A stretch of DNA of 64,000 nt from Schizochytrium sp. TIO01. Its lineage: Eukaryota; Protista; Bigyra: Labyrinthulomycetes. This document shows positions 11,011 through 23,200 of this stretch, piece by piece. The position numbers and the translations under genes are program-made. Under the pieces are notes generated by a model that saw only the letters and a program-made list of their open reading frames with translations, searched no databases and was not told the DNA's origin. Location of the stretch: the NCBI GenBank assembly GCA_004764695.1, contig SMSO01000006.1, positions 139,859-203,858 of the forward strand. Direction: 5' to 3'. Position 1 is the first letter of the stretch; each line of letters starts with the position of its first letter.

Positions 11011-11300
11011 TGCAAAAGCCTAGACTACACGGATTGTGTTGAGGACAATTGGCGCTCTAGGGCCAGGGTGTCTTGATTTTCTGAAATGTACTTATCCAGA
11101 GGTGACGTTATCGATGTCGATGTTGATTTGGCCTGTGAAAGGGCTTTCTCTGCACAGACCTGGTTGTTCAAGATGCACTTTCTCACGCTCAACACAGGGA
11201 ATATTACCAACGTAGGTCTCTGTTACTTCTAAATTGCACTATCTTGTTGTAAATAATACCTGTAAGTGTCTCGCCTTCGCTGCATTAATGCGTGCCCACA
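11011..11300 (+). pseudogene. Decayed RI-like LRR relic, about 4 units in one frame
   Basis: One frame reads CKSLDYTDCVED...*FSEMYLSRGDVIDVDVDLACERAF...KMHFLTLNTGNITNVGLCYF*IALSCCK*YL*VSRLRC. Unit spacing is 32 and 29 codons. Confidence 0.6.
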
Positions 11301-11549
11301 ATATCGTGTGCCTGTCGCTGAGTTGAAGCAAACTGGCACAAACAGTAGTCCTGCTTGCTGACTAAGCTTAGACAACAATATGTTTGTTCAATCTGAATAA
11401 CAAGAGACCTTATCAAGAACGTGAAGACACACATTAGCAGATATTAGGGTGCTAGTTGTGATTACTATTACAGTTTAAATATGACATTTGCTATATGTAA
11501 AGTTGTAAACTCTTTATGCACGTTTTCCCCTTTCGAACCGAGCAGAGTG

Positions 11550-12210
11550 TGTACGCAGTTGCTTCTATATGTATTCCTTCGTTCTTTCCGAGGGTGGCAA
11601 TTTGCAAAGTTACACATATTAAATGTGCGGGGATGATTCGTTGAGTGATCTGATTCTTCAATTCATAAAGAAATACAAAATCCTCTGAAGTTTCAGTAAA
11701 ATACAATAAAAAATTACTGACCTATGTCAAGAAGATGAATCTATATTACGAAGTTTGTATGAAAGTTTACCCCCCGATAGCAGAAACTATATACCTCAAC
11801 AGAGCTATCAACGAATTCGATTATTTTGATGTTAAGATAAACTACGACACCGCACGCGCGCATTTAAAAAAGAAAAGAAAGAACAAACGGATATATATTC
11901 TAAGTATCTATAAAAACTTCCCATGAAGTGACAACTTAGTACACCTGGTTTTTATTAAATAAACATGGAGATTGAGCGTTTAAAAGTTTTGTTTTCAATA
12001 TTTAAAACAAGGTGTATGATAAAATTTAGTCTCTAGATATAATGAACCTAACGGCTATATAGCCGTTGGAATTAGTCTTTAATTCATCAAGACAGTGAAG
12101 TTACATCAAACTTTCTTATTTGCCTTTAACCATGGGGTTTTTTGAAGAGTACACACATTATGGCATAATTTTAGTATAATATCGGGCAGGAAGCTTGCGA
12201 GCGCTGACTC
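11550..12210 (+). pseudogene. Decayed NLRC3-like LRR relic
   Basis: IAETIYLNRAINEFDYFDVKINYDTARAHLKKKRKNKRIYILSIYKN (11777-11917) keeps an exact 28-residue N-to-N period. Also YNIGQEACER* (12175-12207). Confidence 0.6.
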
Positions 12211-12835
12211 TTATCTATGTTAGTATATATGTGTATATATAATATTTATTCCAAACTCCATGCATATATACATCTACGGACAATACGGAGCTCTTGTTCC
12301 CGAAAGTGGAAAAGAAAAAAGTTCAGGATAAATAGGGGCTGTTGGGGGGGCTGTCGGCTTTCAATTGATCCACTTCGTTGATCAGCTCATCTTGCTTTTT
12401 CTAAGGATTTTTGTTAGCATACTTCGATGCGGCACCATAAGCCATTGCATTACATACCTATGGTGTTTGTATTTATTTTTTAGAATAAAGAAAAAAGGAA
12501 TCTGTCGTCCAGCCCGGCATCCAAACGTCCACATTTATACTGCTTCTTATTTCAGATACGAAATAGTCATTTGAAGTAAAGGAGTGTAAGAGCCTGTCTG
12601 CACAAGCAAACACGCTTGCACGGCGAAGCAGAGAAAAGTAAACGCTCAAGAGCGCAGTCGCGCTCGACATTTTTGTCGTCTAAAGGGACGGAGCATATAT
12701 ACTTTATATATTTGCTCACGGTCATTGCTTTCAAAGGAGTGACGTAGAGGTTTCTAATTTTAGTCTTCAAGAGCTCGAAGGGGGTTTAGGACTTGCAAGA
12801 TAACATTGAATCCGCATCACCAATTTATCCATAAA

Positions 12836-14875
12836 ATGTACTTGAGCCCTCACGTTGAGTCCAAGGACGACGAGTTTGATGATTTGTCACCCGGTAGCCT
12901 TGGAAGCGCTGGTGGCCTAAACTCATCTTCCAATCGACAGCGAGCACTCGAGGAACAGAAAAAGCGCCTGATGCGAAAGCAGCAGATTCGCCGTGGCTCT
13001 GCAGGAACTGTGCAAGCTAACCGTGCCTTCACTGGTGCGGCTAAAAAGATTTCTGTGAATAAGGCTGGGTCCTCGTTTCGAAACTTCTCAACTCCTAAAG
13101 CTATCGACCCGCTTGAGGGAGAGGAAGAAGATGACGATGCAGGTCTTCGCAAGACAGGCTACGCGGACAGCTTTCGCGGATCAAGTCGCAATGCCAGTGG
13201 ATCCTATGGAGGCGTTTATGAAGCACTTCACCAGCCCCAACACCGCTCGTCTTCTCTGTCTGCGAATGAATCGTTCACAGATGCACGTGTCGCAAATGTA
13301 AAAACTGTGAACCGACCCATTGAAGAATTTGATTCTGAGCGACGAGGAGAAGTAGAGAGCAAGTATGCCTCCTCCAATAACTCTATTCCCATCGTTGAAA
13401 CCAAACGGAGCGAAATTCCTCAAATTGTGAACGCATATGATCGCAGCCCGGCTGCTGATATTGAGGACGAATTCGACAGTGCTGGAGGTACAGATGAAAT
13501 CCCTCGCAAATCATCTGTTTCAAGCAGCAAGGCTCGCTCTCAAAAAAAGAAGGATTCTTCGTCAAACAGCTCGACCTCTAGTTCGAGCAAGTCGAAATCA
13601 CGCTCCGGATCCATGGCTAGCAAGTCAAGTTCGAAGTCTTCGAGCCGACGTCGCAACTACAATTCGGATGAAATCGCAGAAGAGGATAGTGGAGAAGTCT
13701 CTCAGGAAGCTGACCTTGACCAGCAGCCAGTTGTACGTCGCAAAGAGTCTAGTGCTACTGCTAGCCGTCGTCAGCACCGGTCGAGCGAACAACGGGTATC
13801 TTCTAAGCGCCCGGACGCAGCTCGCCGGGACGACAATTCTGCTTCTGAAGATGAGGATGCGGGTGAAATGATTGTTCCGCGTCCGGCCAAGAAGTCAACG
13901 AGAGTTAAAAAGGTCTCAGAGAAGACGGCAAAGTCGCGGAAGAATATTGAGGGAAAGACAATGGAACCTGGGGTTATTCCCAGCAAGCCAGATGAACGTT
14001 CCGAAGAAGAATTCGAGGATGAACACAAAGCGTTCGAGGATGACTATATCTCCCCTCAAGCGAACATGAGTAGTCCAAAGGAACAACCTGAGCTTGACCT
14101 ATCGGATATGCGGGCATTCCTTATGAAGCCTCTACCCAAAGAGTATGGTGTCGTTCAGTGCTATATTGAGCGCAACAAAAGTGGAGCTCACAAGCTTTAC
14201 CCCGAGTTCCAGGTTTTCCTAAAGGACGGTGACCGTTTCCTCATGAGTGGAAAGAAACGTGCCAAGAACCGCACAACAAACTATGTCGTGACAATGGACC
14301 CGAAGGACTATGCCCGCGAGTCACCAAACTGCTTAGGCAAACTTCGCTCTAACTTCATTGGCACAGAATTTCAGATCTTTGACAAGGGCGTTAACCCAAA
14401 AAATGCCGATCCAGATTCGCTCCACGTAGGTACTACGCCAATTCGAGAGGAGCTTGGAGCAATCCTATACAACTCAAATGTTCTCGGATCCCGAGGACCG
14501 CGTAAGATGCGAGTCGCGATTCCTGCAATCGACGACGCTGGGAAACGCAAGAGTGTGCGGCCATCTCGAAAGAATGAGGAACTACTTACACGCTTCAAAG
14601 ACCGCGACTTGTGTGATGTTGTTGAACTCATTAACAAACCTCCTCGTTGGAATGACCATGTTGGAGCCTATGTTCTCAACTTCAATGGTCGTGTCACAAT
14701 GGCTTCTGTGAAGAATTTTCAGCTAATCACTGCAGAGAATGAAGATGACGTTATTCTTACCTTTGGGCGCTGTGGAACCAATTTGTTTTCAATGGATGTG
14801 GCTTATCCCCTCAGTATTTTCCAGGCCTTTTGTATTGCGATGTCTTCGGCAAGCAGTAAGCTTGCCTGCGAGTAG
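12836..14875 (+). CDS. TULP: Tubby-like protein (disordered N-terminus, C-terminal Tubby domain)
   Basis: Motifs QCYIER, GKLRSNFIGTEF, RGPRKM, NKPPRWN, YVLNFNGRVTMASVKNFQL and C-terminal KLACE. ATG at 12836. Confidence 0.96.
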   Translation: MYLSPHVESKDDEFDDLSPGSLGSAGGLNSSSNRQRALEEQKKRLMRKQQIRRGSAGTVQANRAFTGAAKKISVNKAGSSFRNFSTPKAIDPLEGEEEDDDAGLRKTGYADSFRGSSRNASGSYGGVYEALHQPQHRSSSLSANESFTDARVANVKTVNRPIEEFDSERRGEVESKYASSNNSIPIVETKRSEIPQIVNAYDRSPAADIEDEFDSAGGTDEIPRKSSVSSSKARSQKKKDSSSNSSTSSSSKSKSRSGSMASKSSSKSSSRRRNYNSDEIAEEDSGEVSQEADLDQQPVVRRKESSATASRRQHRSSEQRVSSKRPDAARRDDNSASEDEDAGEMIVPRPAKKSTRVKKVSEKTAKSRKNIEGKTMEPGVIPSKPDERSEEEFEDEHKAFEDDYISPQANMSSPKEQPELDLSDMRAFLMKPLPKEYGVVQCYIERNKSGAHKLYPEFQVFLKDGDRFLMSGKKRAKNRTTNYVVTMDPKDYARESPNCLGKLRSNFIGTEFQIFDKGVNPKNADPDSLHVGTTPIREELGAILYNSNVLGSRGPRKMRVAIPAIDDAGKRKSVRPSRKNEELLTRFKDRDLCDVVELINKPPRWNDHVGAYVLNFNGRVTMASVKNFQLITAENEDDVILTFGRCGTNLFSMDVAYPLSIFQAFCIAMSSASSKLACE

Positions 14876-15691
14876 TGAAGTATGCTCATCTCACCTTATC
14901 AATTCCGTAGTACCTTCCCTACTTTATACTTTCTTTCCCATTTGTTGTTTATCAGTGATTTCAACAGATTTGTTCCTGAAAGACTCGTTGAGCACTTACA
15001 TCAACACAGCCTCCTTGCTTGTGCCCACGTAACTACATCATATGTTTCATGTTCAACTACCATCGTTTTCATGAACTGACTGCAACTCCATTGTGCATCC
15101 AATCCCATTTTTATAAAAAAGTGATTAAATGTTTACCATCTCTGTTACGAGTTATATTAATTTACACTTCTTTGTTCTAATTTTAAATGACAAACAAACT
15201 TGCAAGAATCATTTTCCTTCTTGCCATAAATTTGAAGCAATCCTTGCTCGACTTTGGTACCTCGTACATTCTATGGTATCCACTTAGTACAGATCTTCTC
15301 TACCATTGCTTACCTACTACCCCTCTACCTAATACTAATTTCTTGGAGCATATACCTATCTGGACCTACGGCGCTTTCATACATAGATGACTCGCCATAT
15401 TCAAACACCTACTAGGGGAGACATGCCTACTTTATCCGAATGTAAAGATGATGAGCAAATAGGTACATTTTCTGTTTATATGTATATGCCTGCAAAAAGA
15501 TTTATTAAAAAAATATTTTTTGCCAGCGTACCATGCATGGCACAAGAAAGGTATACCTAGATCATTTTTAGATCTCGTTCGCATCAATAATGAAAACTAC
15601 GAAGACCCCCATATCATCTGGCAAACTACACGTTTAGTTGATGCTCCTTTGGTTGCTAGTCTTGGCTTTACCGGACGCATAATCTTGAAGA

Positions 15692-17872
15692 ATGGCAAAA
15701 GCAGATTCACCTCCCCGCAAAGATGGTGAAACAGACTGGGTCAACAGCAAGGCCAGCAGATGCGGCGATAGCAGCTGGCACGGCGACAACAGCAGACATG
15801 ACAGCATTTTGGAGGCGGGCTTTAGCTCTGTTGTAAATGATAGCTTAACAGAACATCTAGTTTCCGCACAGCAAAGAGATGCTAGCGATTCAAATGGCGA
15901 CGTAACACAAAACTCAGAGGTCCATAAATCTGCCGTTGTGAATCTTGCGCACGAGGATCCGAAGCTCCAGTCAACCCTTTCAGACTTTTGCGGAGACACT
16001 TTTAGGCCAATGAACATATACTTCCGGCTTGGATGCGGTAAAGCTGTAGCTATTCGGGTGAATTGCGCATCAAGGGATCAAGCTTTACAAGGCCTTCGTG
16101 CATGTATAGAAGATTCCAATCTTTCACCAAAATTGAGTCAGGCATTAGAACAAGTATTACTACAGAGGCTGGCTTCTTCAGATGATGGCATGAGGCAACA
16201 TAATCAAATTGTAGAATCAAGAAAGAAGTCATGGAAATCTCATTTGTTAAGACATGAGGACGAGAGAATTTTTCAACGCAGACAACGGTTGTATGGAAGG
16301 TTCCCCTGGATTCAGATTAATTGCCCCGAAAATGTCTCTGTGGTCCGGCGAGCTATAAAGGCCCTCGTTCATCATGACCAGCTACTTCACCAGGTTTCAG
16401 CATTTGAAGCAAAGTGCAGTAATGCAATGCAGGAGCTTATTAAAAAGTTTTCTGTGACGGAATCTAAACTTAAGGCAGTACAGCAGCATGAGCTCCAATT
16501 TATGCAGAACTCAGGGTCAGAAGAAAATGGTTTTTCTAAGGGGGACCTTGACCAGCTACTACATGCGCATCATCTATCATTAGAAAGACTTTTGCAGGAG
16601 CAGCAACAACAGCTTCAAACTGTTCAGAACCAATGGTCCCAAGATTACAAAATGCTTGTTCTATCTTTGGTAGGAGGTTTGCGTAATGATGATATGCATG
16701 AAGTAATTCTGGATTCGATTGATCAGACCCAAAGTTCAAAGTGTCCTCGTACATATGATCTTTTAAACGTTAATGATGATGATGTTACAATGCTCTTACA
16801 TCGCCGTGGTCTTTGTTCATTGCGTCCTACAACAGAGCGTAGTAGAATTCATGAAGGAAACAAAACATCTGCTTCTGTTTCTGCTTCAGCTTCTGGTTCA
16901 GTTTTAATTTCAACCTCAGGAGAATTGTCTCATAATTTAGCTGTGGTGCAGCCTGGTTTTGCAAATTGGCTTGGACAACTTGTTCAACGTGATGTTGTGC
17001 AAAACAACCTAAGCAAAAGATCTTTAGACTCGAAGTGCTTGCTTGATCCTCTTCATTCTACTTTTGCTCAAACCACGTCTGTATTCCTAGGCGCGCAATC
17101 TAAAACACAGCTGCAAATTCGAGTTGAGGCCATTGTAGGTGGACTTTTTTCGGCAATGCAGAAATCTGTGCCATCATGTAGGGATATACAAGCTTTTTCC
17201 AAGTGGCGTCAAGAGAGCTTGGCTAAAGTCTTTCCAATGACCATGCCCGAGCAAACATCAATGTTTATGGCTTTGGCAATTCCTCAAGAGCGAGAGAAAG
17301 TATTTCTTGCAGCTACACGTGGTGTAGTTGATTTACTTCAGCCCTATGTGAATGGAAATAGTGTTGTTCAAGTCAGTAAGGATGTACAGGCAACGTACCA
17401 TACTAATCTTGGTTTAGGTATTCTCTGTGTGCTTCATGGACCTAGGAAAAGCAAGCCTGGGACACTAGGGGAAGTCGTGCTTCAAGCCGCGACTTTGGGT
17501 GTATCACACCTAGTCATTCCCTTGCGAGACTGGATCCTTGACGAGCATGCATTAATGGCAGAAGAGTTAAGTACATCCGAGGGGAAGATCATTCGATCTC
17601 CCTTAGATCGCAAAGCTGTGGACGCCTTTGTTCGTAGCCTTAGAGCAGTCTTGGCTGATTTAGCACATCGCCGTGCTAGCAATCACCTACGCGAAGTGAT
17701 TTTAGTACTGAAATCCAGCTGCTCGAAATTCTTTGATCAGGCTAGAAATCATGATGGGCGTAATGCCGGCTCGCCTGGGATATTGCCTGATGTAAAAGTG
17801 ACGGACAGTCGGATTGTGTCAAAATTAAGTGCACTTATAGCTTCGGCATTCGACACACCTTCCTCCATGTAG
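15692..17872 (+). CDS. C12orf4/FERRY3 (DUF2362)-like protein, divergent
   Basis: 726-aa ORF. A central coiled coil is followed by SVFLGAQSKTQLQIRV, YHTNL..ILCVLH and GVSHLVIPL, which resemble, in order, motifs I recall for C12orf4 (LGAQLKT, HSNL, ITTISIPL). Confidence 0.6.
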   Translation: MAKADSPPRKDGETDWVNSKASRCGDSSWHGDNSRHDSILEAGFSSVVNDSLTEHLVSAQQRDASDSNGDVTQNSEVHKSAVVNLAHEDPKLQSTLSDFCGDTFRPMNIYFRLGCGKAVAIRVNCASRDQALQGLRACIEDSNLSPKLSQALEQVLLQRLASSDDGMRQHNQIVESRKKSWKSHLLRHEDERIFQRRQRLYGRFPWIQINCPENVSVVRRAIKALVHHDQLLHQVSAFEAKCSNAMQELIKKFSVTESKLKAVQQHELQFMQNSGSEENGFSKGDLDQLLHAHHLSLERLLQEQQQQLQTVQNQWSQDYKMLVLSLVGGLRNDDMHEVILDSIDQTQSSKCPRTYDLLNVNDDDVTMLLHRRGLCSLRPTTERSRIHEGNKTSASVSASASGSVLISTSGELSHNLAVVQPGFANWLGQLVQRDVVQNNLSKRSLDSKCLLDPLHSTFAQTTSVFLGAQSKTQLQIRVEAIVGGLFSAMQKSVPSCRDIQAFSKWRQESLAKVFPMTMPEQTSMFMALAIPQEREKVFLAATRGVVDLLQPYVNGNSVVQVSKDVQATYHTNLGLGILCVLHGPRKSKPGTLGEVVLQAATLGVSHLVIPLRDWILDEHALMAEELSTSEGKIIRSPLDRKAVDAFVRSLRAVLADLAHRRASNHLREVILVLKSSCSKFFDQARNHDGRNAGSPGILPDVKVTDSRIVSKLSALIASAFDTPSSM

Positions 17873-18049
17873 CATTCAAGCTAATATTTGGGCGATGTAT
17901 TTTGCGCACATGTAGAAAATCGCTTCACAAATACAAACATTAAAGTTTACTTGTCGCGAGGTTTTGCCAAATGACTTTACTACATGCTCTGTGAATGGTT
18001 CTTTACAAGAATTATATTGTGTTTCATCGTATTATAAAACAAGATCAAA

Positions 18050-18260
18050 AATTTTTTTTGTTGGATTCCCCAGAAAATCAAAATAATGCTCTCTGGAGTG
18101 GTCTAGTCATAGAGTACAGTTAATCCTTTGGATATCTACACAATACTTCTGGATTTCAGCATATCAAATTGCAAATATCAATGATTAATTGTTCTGAAGG
18201 AGCAAGTTGTTTGTTGGGAGACCAATTCCAGCTTACACTTGCAACAAAACAATAACCTCC
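18050..18260 (+). pseudogene. Decayed RI-like LRR relic
   Basis: GYLHNTSGFQHIKLQISMINCSEGASCLLG (18130-18219) fits LxxNxxLxxLxLxxNxIxxEGAxxL. Confidence 0.45.
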
Positions 18261-18263
18261 AAG

Positions 18264-20573
18264 CTAGAACTGGAAATTTTGAATGCGGACTTGTTCAATA
18301 ACATCCCCTTGTGAAGTACCATCGGCTTGAACCTTTGATTCTGTGGCTATTGGTGATGTTTTTGATTCTCCATCACCAAATTTTTCGTTGGTTACAGATG
18401 GTATAATAGTCGACTTTTGCTTCTCAGGCCACAGAGGAGCGATCGCGTCACCTTGTGTCTTGCTTGGGGCTGTCTGGGGTGGAACCATTGGTTGGCCCTG
18501 TGCACGTGTAAATGGATTTCCTACAGATGCTACAGTCTTAGGTCTGTCTACAAGAGCTGGCAAAGTTGACGAAATTCGTTGAACTTCTGCTTGGTTGTGA
18601 GTTATTGTAGGACTCTTAAGCGCCTCCCAATCTTGTGCGTCGATATCATTAGTAAAGGGGGCTACGTGCTCGCCATTTCTATTCGTTCGCAACTGAACCC
18701 CACGCTGTAGTTGTTGTTGCCGTCTTTTCCCCTTCGAAAGAATTGGAGAGCTTAATCCATTCTGTGGTTGACGGTTCATAAGTGTGTTGTGTATCGCTGG
18801 AGCCCGCCGAAGAAGATCCATTTGACCTGGAGTAATCTTGCGATTACATGCCAAACATGTCAAAGGATCCTGGTGAGAATGAGGACCATTCGGCCCTGGA
18901 CTCAATGGGCGGCCTATGACCCAGGGTTTAACACCCTGGTGTTCGTCAATTGCAAGTCCAATTTCAGCTTTAAGGCGTCGGTGCAGCATAGCTAACTTTA
19001 CACCTAGCTCATCTTTTGCGACCTTTGCAGACATTAAATCATCTGCTTCAGTGCGACTTAACTTTTCCTCCATGTACTTTTGAAGCAATTCGACCTTATC
19101 ACGCATCCGGGCGTCAAGTTCCAACCGCTTGCGGATGTCCAAAACCTCTGATTGATCAGCCTTACTTTGGGACAAAGTGGAGCACATATCTTGCAACTCC
19201 TGCGCAGCTCGTTTAAATTCCTCTTCATCTGCTCCAGCGCTGGCAATTGCTTTGTCAAGCTCTTCGATAACCTCGTCAAACTTAACCTCAATCTTACTGT
19301 CAACGCCATCCGCGTCAAGCTTGGTGTCGATATCCGCTTGCATTCGGGCCAAACGTGTTGTGGTAGCATTCAGTACCTCACTGAGAACATTGACCTCGGC
19401 TTCGAAACGCTGTGGAAGATCCCGCATGCCTCGATTAATGCGGTAAGCCCCAGAAGGTGCTGACTGATATGAACTTCGAATTTCTTGTAACTTATTGTCG
19501 TGATCTGAAACTTCTTTGGAGGATCCAATCTTAGCACTGGTCTTACTCGTTGGGGAGGCAGGTGCACGTGGCTGGACGACTGCATCACATATACTACCAC
19601 TCGGTGGGGCCTCCAGAAACAACCCTGCTTCATAAAACCCGCGCAACAGACCATCAAGATTTTGACAGGTGAAGTTAAATTGTTTACCAAGATGAGCAAG
19701 GTCTTCATCAAAAGCACGCTTGCCAAGTTCGGCTTGGACATCTAGCATTGCATCTGCTGTCTGGTCCTTGCTCTTCTCAAGCATCGCAAGTTTACTTGCA
19801 ACAGCCTCCATTAAGCGAGCCAAAGGTATGAGGTCCTCTCCGACCTGCCCAGTAGAAAGATTAATGTTTTGACAAAATACTTGTTCTGAAGATACTCGCA
19901 GACCATCTGTGCCCATCACCGCTACCCCAGCTGATGCATTCATTGGGGCTGATTTTGCTCCTGCACTTCTATTATTGGTAGAACCAGATTTCTTTTCGCT
20001 CTCACCAGAGTTTCCTCCTGTGGAGGGTGTTCCACTATTGCCTGAAGCTCCGCTTACACCGGCACCTCCGCCCTCTTGAGCTAACGCTAACGCTTGGCGA
20101 GATACGTCAGATGCAGTTGCAACATCTAGTTTAAGAACTTGTAGAACTGACTGCTGTCGATCAGTCGCACGATGTAATCTTTGAATTTCAACCTCATGCT
20201 CGTTGACTTCCTCACGCATTTGATTACGAGTTGCATCTAACTCGGCGATTAAATCAGCATTCTTTCTAGTTTCTCTCAGCAAATCTTGCTTTTGCTCGAG
20301 CATTTTCTTGTTTGCTTGCTTAAGGCCTTGCTCGGCCTCCAATAGACGTAAACTGAGCACGCGTTGAGATTCTTCAAGATCTGTTCTTAATTTTTTTTCT
20401 TCCTCGAGCTGTTTCTTTTGTTCATCAGACTTTGTGAAGAGGGTAGAAACTGCTTCGCTCATTTTACGCAGAGCATCAGCAAGATTTTCCTTGCTTACTT
20501 TTCGATGCGAATACTCATGCTTTGTCGAGCCTGCGAGCAGAACTGCTACTGCGGAGGCATCAAAGCTCTTCAT
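18264..20573 (-). CDS. Coiled-coil protein with C-terminal CxxCxR motif, QRICH2/C16orf96 (DUF4795)-like
   Basis: 769-aa ORF with repeated KxD/KxS helical units (KLDAD, KADQSE, KLSRTE, KVAKDE) followed by CLACNR. The ORF is solid; the family call is tentative. Confidence 0.6.
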   Translation of the reverse strand: MKSFDASAVAVLLAGSTKHEYSHRKVSKENLADALRKMSEAVSTLFTKSDEQKKQLEEEKKLRTDLEESQRVLSLRLLEAEQGLKQANKKMLEQKQDLLRETRKNADLIAELDATRNQMREEVNEHEVEIQRLHRATDRQQSVLQVLKLDVATASDVSRQALALAQEGGGAGVSGASGNSGTPSTGGNSGESEKKSGSTNNRSAGAKSAPMNASAGVAVMGTDGLRVSSEQVFCQNINLSTGQVGEDLIPLARLMEAVASKLAMLEKSKDQTADAMLDVQAELGKRAFDEDLAHLGKQFNFTCQNLDGLLRGFYEAGLFLEAPPSGSICDAVVQPRAPASPTSKTSAKIGSSKEVSDHDNKLQEIRSSYQSAPSGAYRINRGMRDLPQRFEAEVNVLSEVLNATTTRLARMQADIDTKLDADGVDSKIEVKFDEVIEELDKAIASAGADEEEFKRAAQELQDMCSTLSQSKADQSEVLDIRKRLELDARMRDKVELLQKYMEEKLSRTEADDLMSAKVAKDELGVKLAMLHRRLKAEIGLAIDEHQGVKPWVIGRPLSPGPNGPHSHQDPLTCLACNRKITPGQMDLLRRAPAIHNTLMNRQPQNGLSSPILSKGKRRQQQLQRGVQLRTNRNGEHVAPFTNDIDAQDWEALKSPTITHNQAEVQRISSTLPALVDRPKTVASVGNPFTRAQGQPMVPPQTAPSKTQGDAIAPLWPEKQKSTIIPSVTNEKFGDGESKTSPIATESKVQADGTSQGDVIEQVRIQNFQF

Positions 20574-20749
20574 GGTTGTTGTTGTAGCTCTCAGACGTCA
20601 GAATCTCTACTTTCATGAGAAACTGAATGCCTTCGCTAACAGCCTTGGACGTCAGACGACGAGCTTTAGCCTTTGCTATTTCTTGCTTGCCTATGCCTCA
20701 ATTGTATTCTTCATAACATACTATACAAGGTATCTATACTATGATTTTC

Positions 20750-23200
20750 ATGGGTTAAGGTATGCATTTGAGATGTCAAAGCAGATTTAGCCGCACACTA
20801 TTCGGAAAACATCAATTGAAAGCACTTGCTCTTAACGCAATAGTGACCTCGTGGTGGTTTATATGTTCTTTCTCCGCGTTTCCGGTGTGTACTTGAATGT
20901 TCTCATTAAAAAAAATACTAGATTATTATTTTAATAAAGAATTTCAATTGAATTGTAACATACAATTAAGTCTATTCGCAAAACTATAGTAGAAGTTGAT
21001 GTTTAGTAACATTCTTTCAAAGCAGGGTCACCCCGTGTAAATCGACATCGAATTGAAGACAAGAACTTAGAACCTAGTGTGTTTTCAGGAACTTCAAAAA
21101 TGTAGTACCTCTGACTGATATCATTTGCTTTCAGCATGCATAATTAACCTATTTAATTTCCTTGCACAAACTCATTTGATCCGTTAACCTTCAGTACGGC
21201 AGTTATAGTGCTGAGTTTGGCTTTCTTTAGAATCGTAGGTAGCAAACAAAATTTTAAAAAAAGCCCAATTAAGTTTATAGGATAATCGTACCCATGGTAT
21301 AGCTACTTTGGTGTCTGTGTATCCTACCAGCTTATCGCCAAATGAGCGTAGATACCTATACACCTACCTACCTACCCAGCAGAATTGAAGCAAGGGGCAT
21401 TATTTATTAAAAATAATAAATAAATTAGTCATGAAGAGGACAAGGTGCCTTACCTACTAATAGTCATTCCTGTCAGTGGTTCTTCTTGCTTTTAATTAAA
21501 TATATATATATATTAAAAATTAATAGTACCAACTTTTAAAGTCCTTACGCCCTGTAGAACATTTCCTGTTACTGTACAGTCAACTCTCTGTAACTTTTCT
21601 TTTTGTTCTTGATCATTCTTTGGCCTTTCAAGGAAGTGAATATCTAGGTAAATTCTTCTAATAAAACAATGAGATCATATGCATTTACTCGAACATTTCC
21701 AGTTTGCTCAAGTTCTTTTTTCTTTTTTTTTTTCTCCAGTGGCCCACGCCTCGCACACAACGCACTCCTTGAAATCAGTACCTAAAGTCAAATTTATTGG
21801 ATTTATTTTTTTTATTTTTTTGCAGGAATCCAAGTCCATAGCCAGAAGCAAGATACAAAATCATACTACGAAATCGTTAGGGTCCCCTTGAAAGTTCTAT
21901 TCAGATCAGCGTTTCTACTGGGAAAAGAGGTTCCACTTCGTCACCAGCCACTGGCAGCAGCTTCATGCACGTTGTTGATGGGCTCAGAGGTTCAACTGAA
22001 GAAGTTCTTTCTTTCTAAATGAGTATGCTTCCAACAGTTGGTCCATGGTGCGCTATCCTAGATTAATATCTCTACCTGATTCACCTACCGTTTCAATGAA
22101 CCAGGCTATTAGTAGCCAGTCATGAAGTTCATGGCGATCTGCCAACATTTTGAAAGGTGAAGTTAAGCAACGTTGCAATGCTATAGTACTCTTGGGCGCG
22201 CTGCTACTAACTCTATTCCCTCCCCAAAACAAGTGTACCTCATTACTTTTACTTAACCTAAAGGCTTGAATTCTGCATTGCACAAGAAAGAAAGTATGAG
22301 TTCAAAGCCCAGCAAGATAATATTAGTATAAAACCCTTGGTAACTCTTTGCAAAACAATTTAATGATCCGTATTGCCTGTCCTCTAAATCCAGGACCCAA
22401 AGAAGGTTGGATCACTCCTATTTGAAAGAAGGGCTCTCTTTGACTAGTAAATAGCAAATAATCTAGTGCTTTGCTGGACCAGGAAGCTGCGCGGGACGCA
22501 AAGGCGGTCAATTAAGATGATAATCTACGAGTCTAGAGGGTAATTGAGAACACAAAGCTACTGGCAATGCGAGGAGAGACCATAGCAATTTGAACTTGGG
22601 CGTTGATTGCACACTCGTGATCATCTCGCAAACCTAAAACTATATATTTGTCACCTATATGTAGCATTTTCGAGTTCATTTGCTGCATGAACAATGAACA
22701 ATCTTCTTCATCACCGCCATTTCTCCTTCTATTTTTTATTATTTTCTTTAAGTAAAATATTAATGGAGTGCCATAGTATTCTCATTAGTCACAGGCTACT
22801 ATACCAATTCTTTACTTGACAAGTCAAATCATGATGCCCCAGAAGACGACCATGTAGGTAGAACTTGATACCTGCTGTCCCTACAATGGTATTATTCATT
22901 TTATATATTTTTAAGAAAAAGAAAAAGATGAAAATTTATTATTATTAAATGCTATAATTAAATTAATTTAAAACAATCCAAAAACAAAGTAATAGAAGAA
23001 ACCACTCACTCTCTCGGATTGCCGGCATTTTGTTTGTTTTAAAACGCGGGATATGATCGGCTGGTTGTGCTATACAATGACTTACATCACCCAGTATTAC
23101 TCATATTTCAGTTGGTAATCTTGTTTGCCCGACAGGCGTTCGCAAATGCATACCTACGCGCATACTATTTAACTAATGTAATAGAGTAGGTAAGGCCACC
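20750..23200 (+). pseudogene. Long tract of decayed LRR relics interrupted by AT-rich blocks
   Basis: KTIVEVDV (20980-21003), QLKKFFLSK (21993-22019), QNKCTSLLLLNL (22225-22260), KTLGNSLQNNLMIRI (22330-22374), SITHISVGNLVCPTGV (from 23093). Confidence 0.5.
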
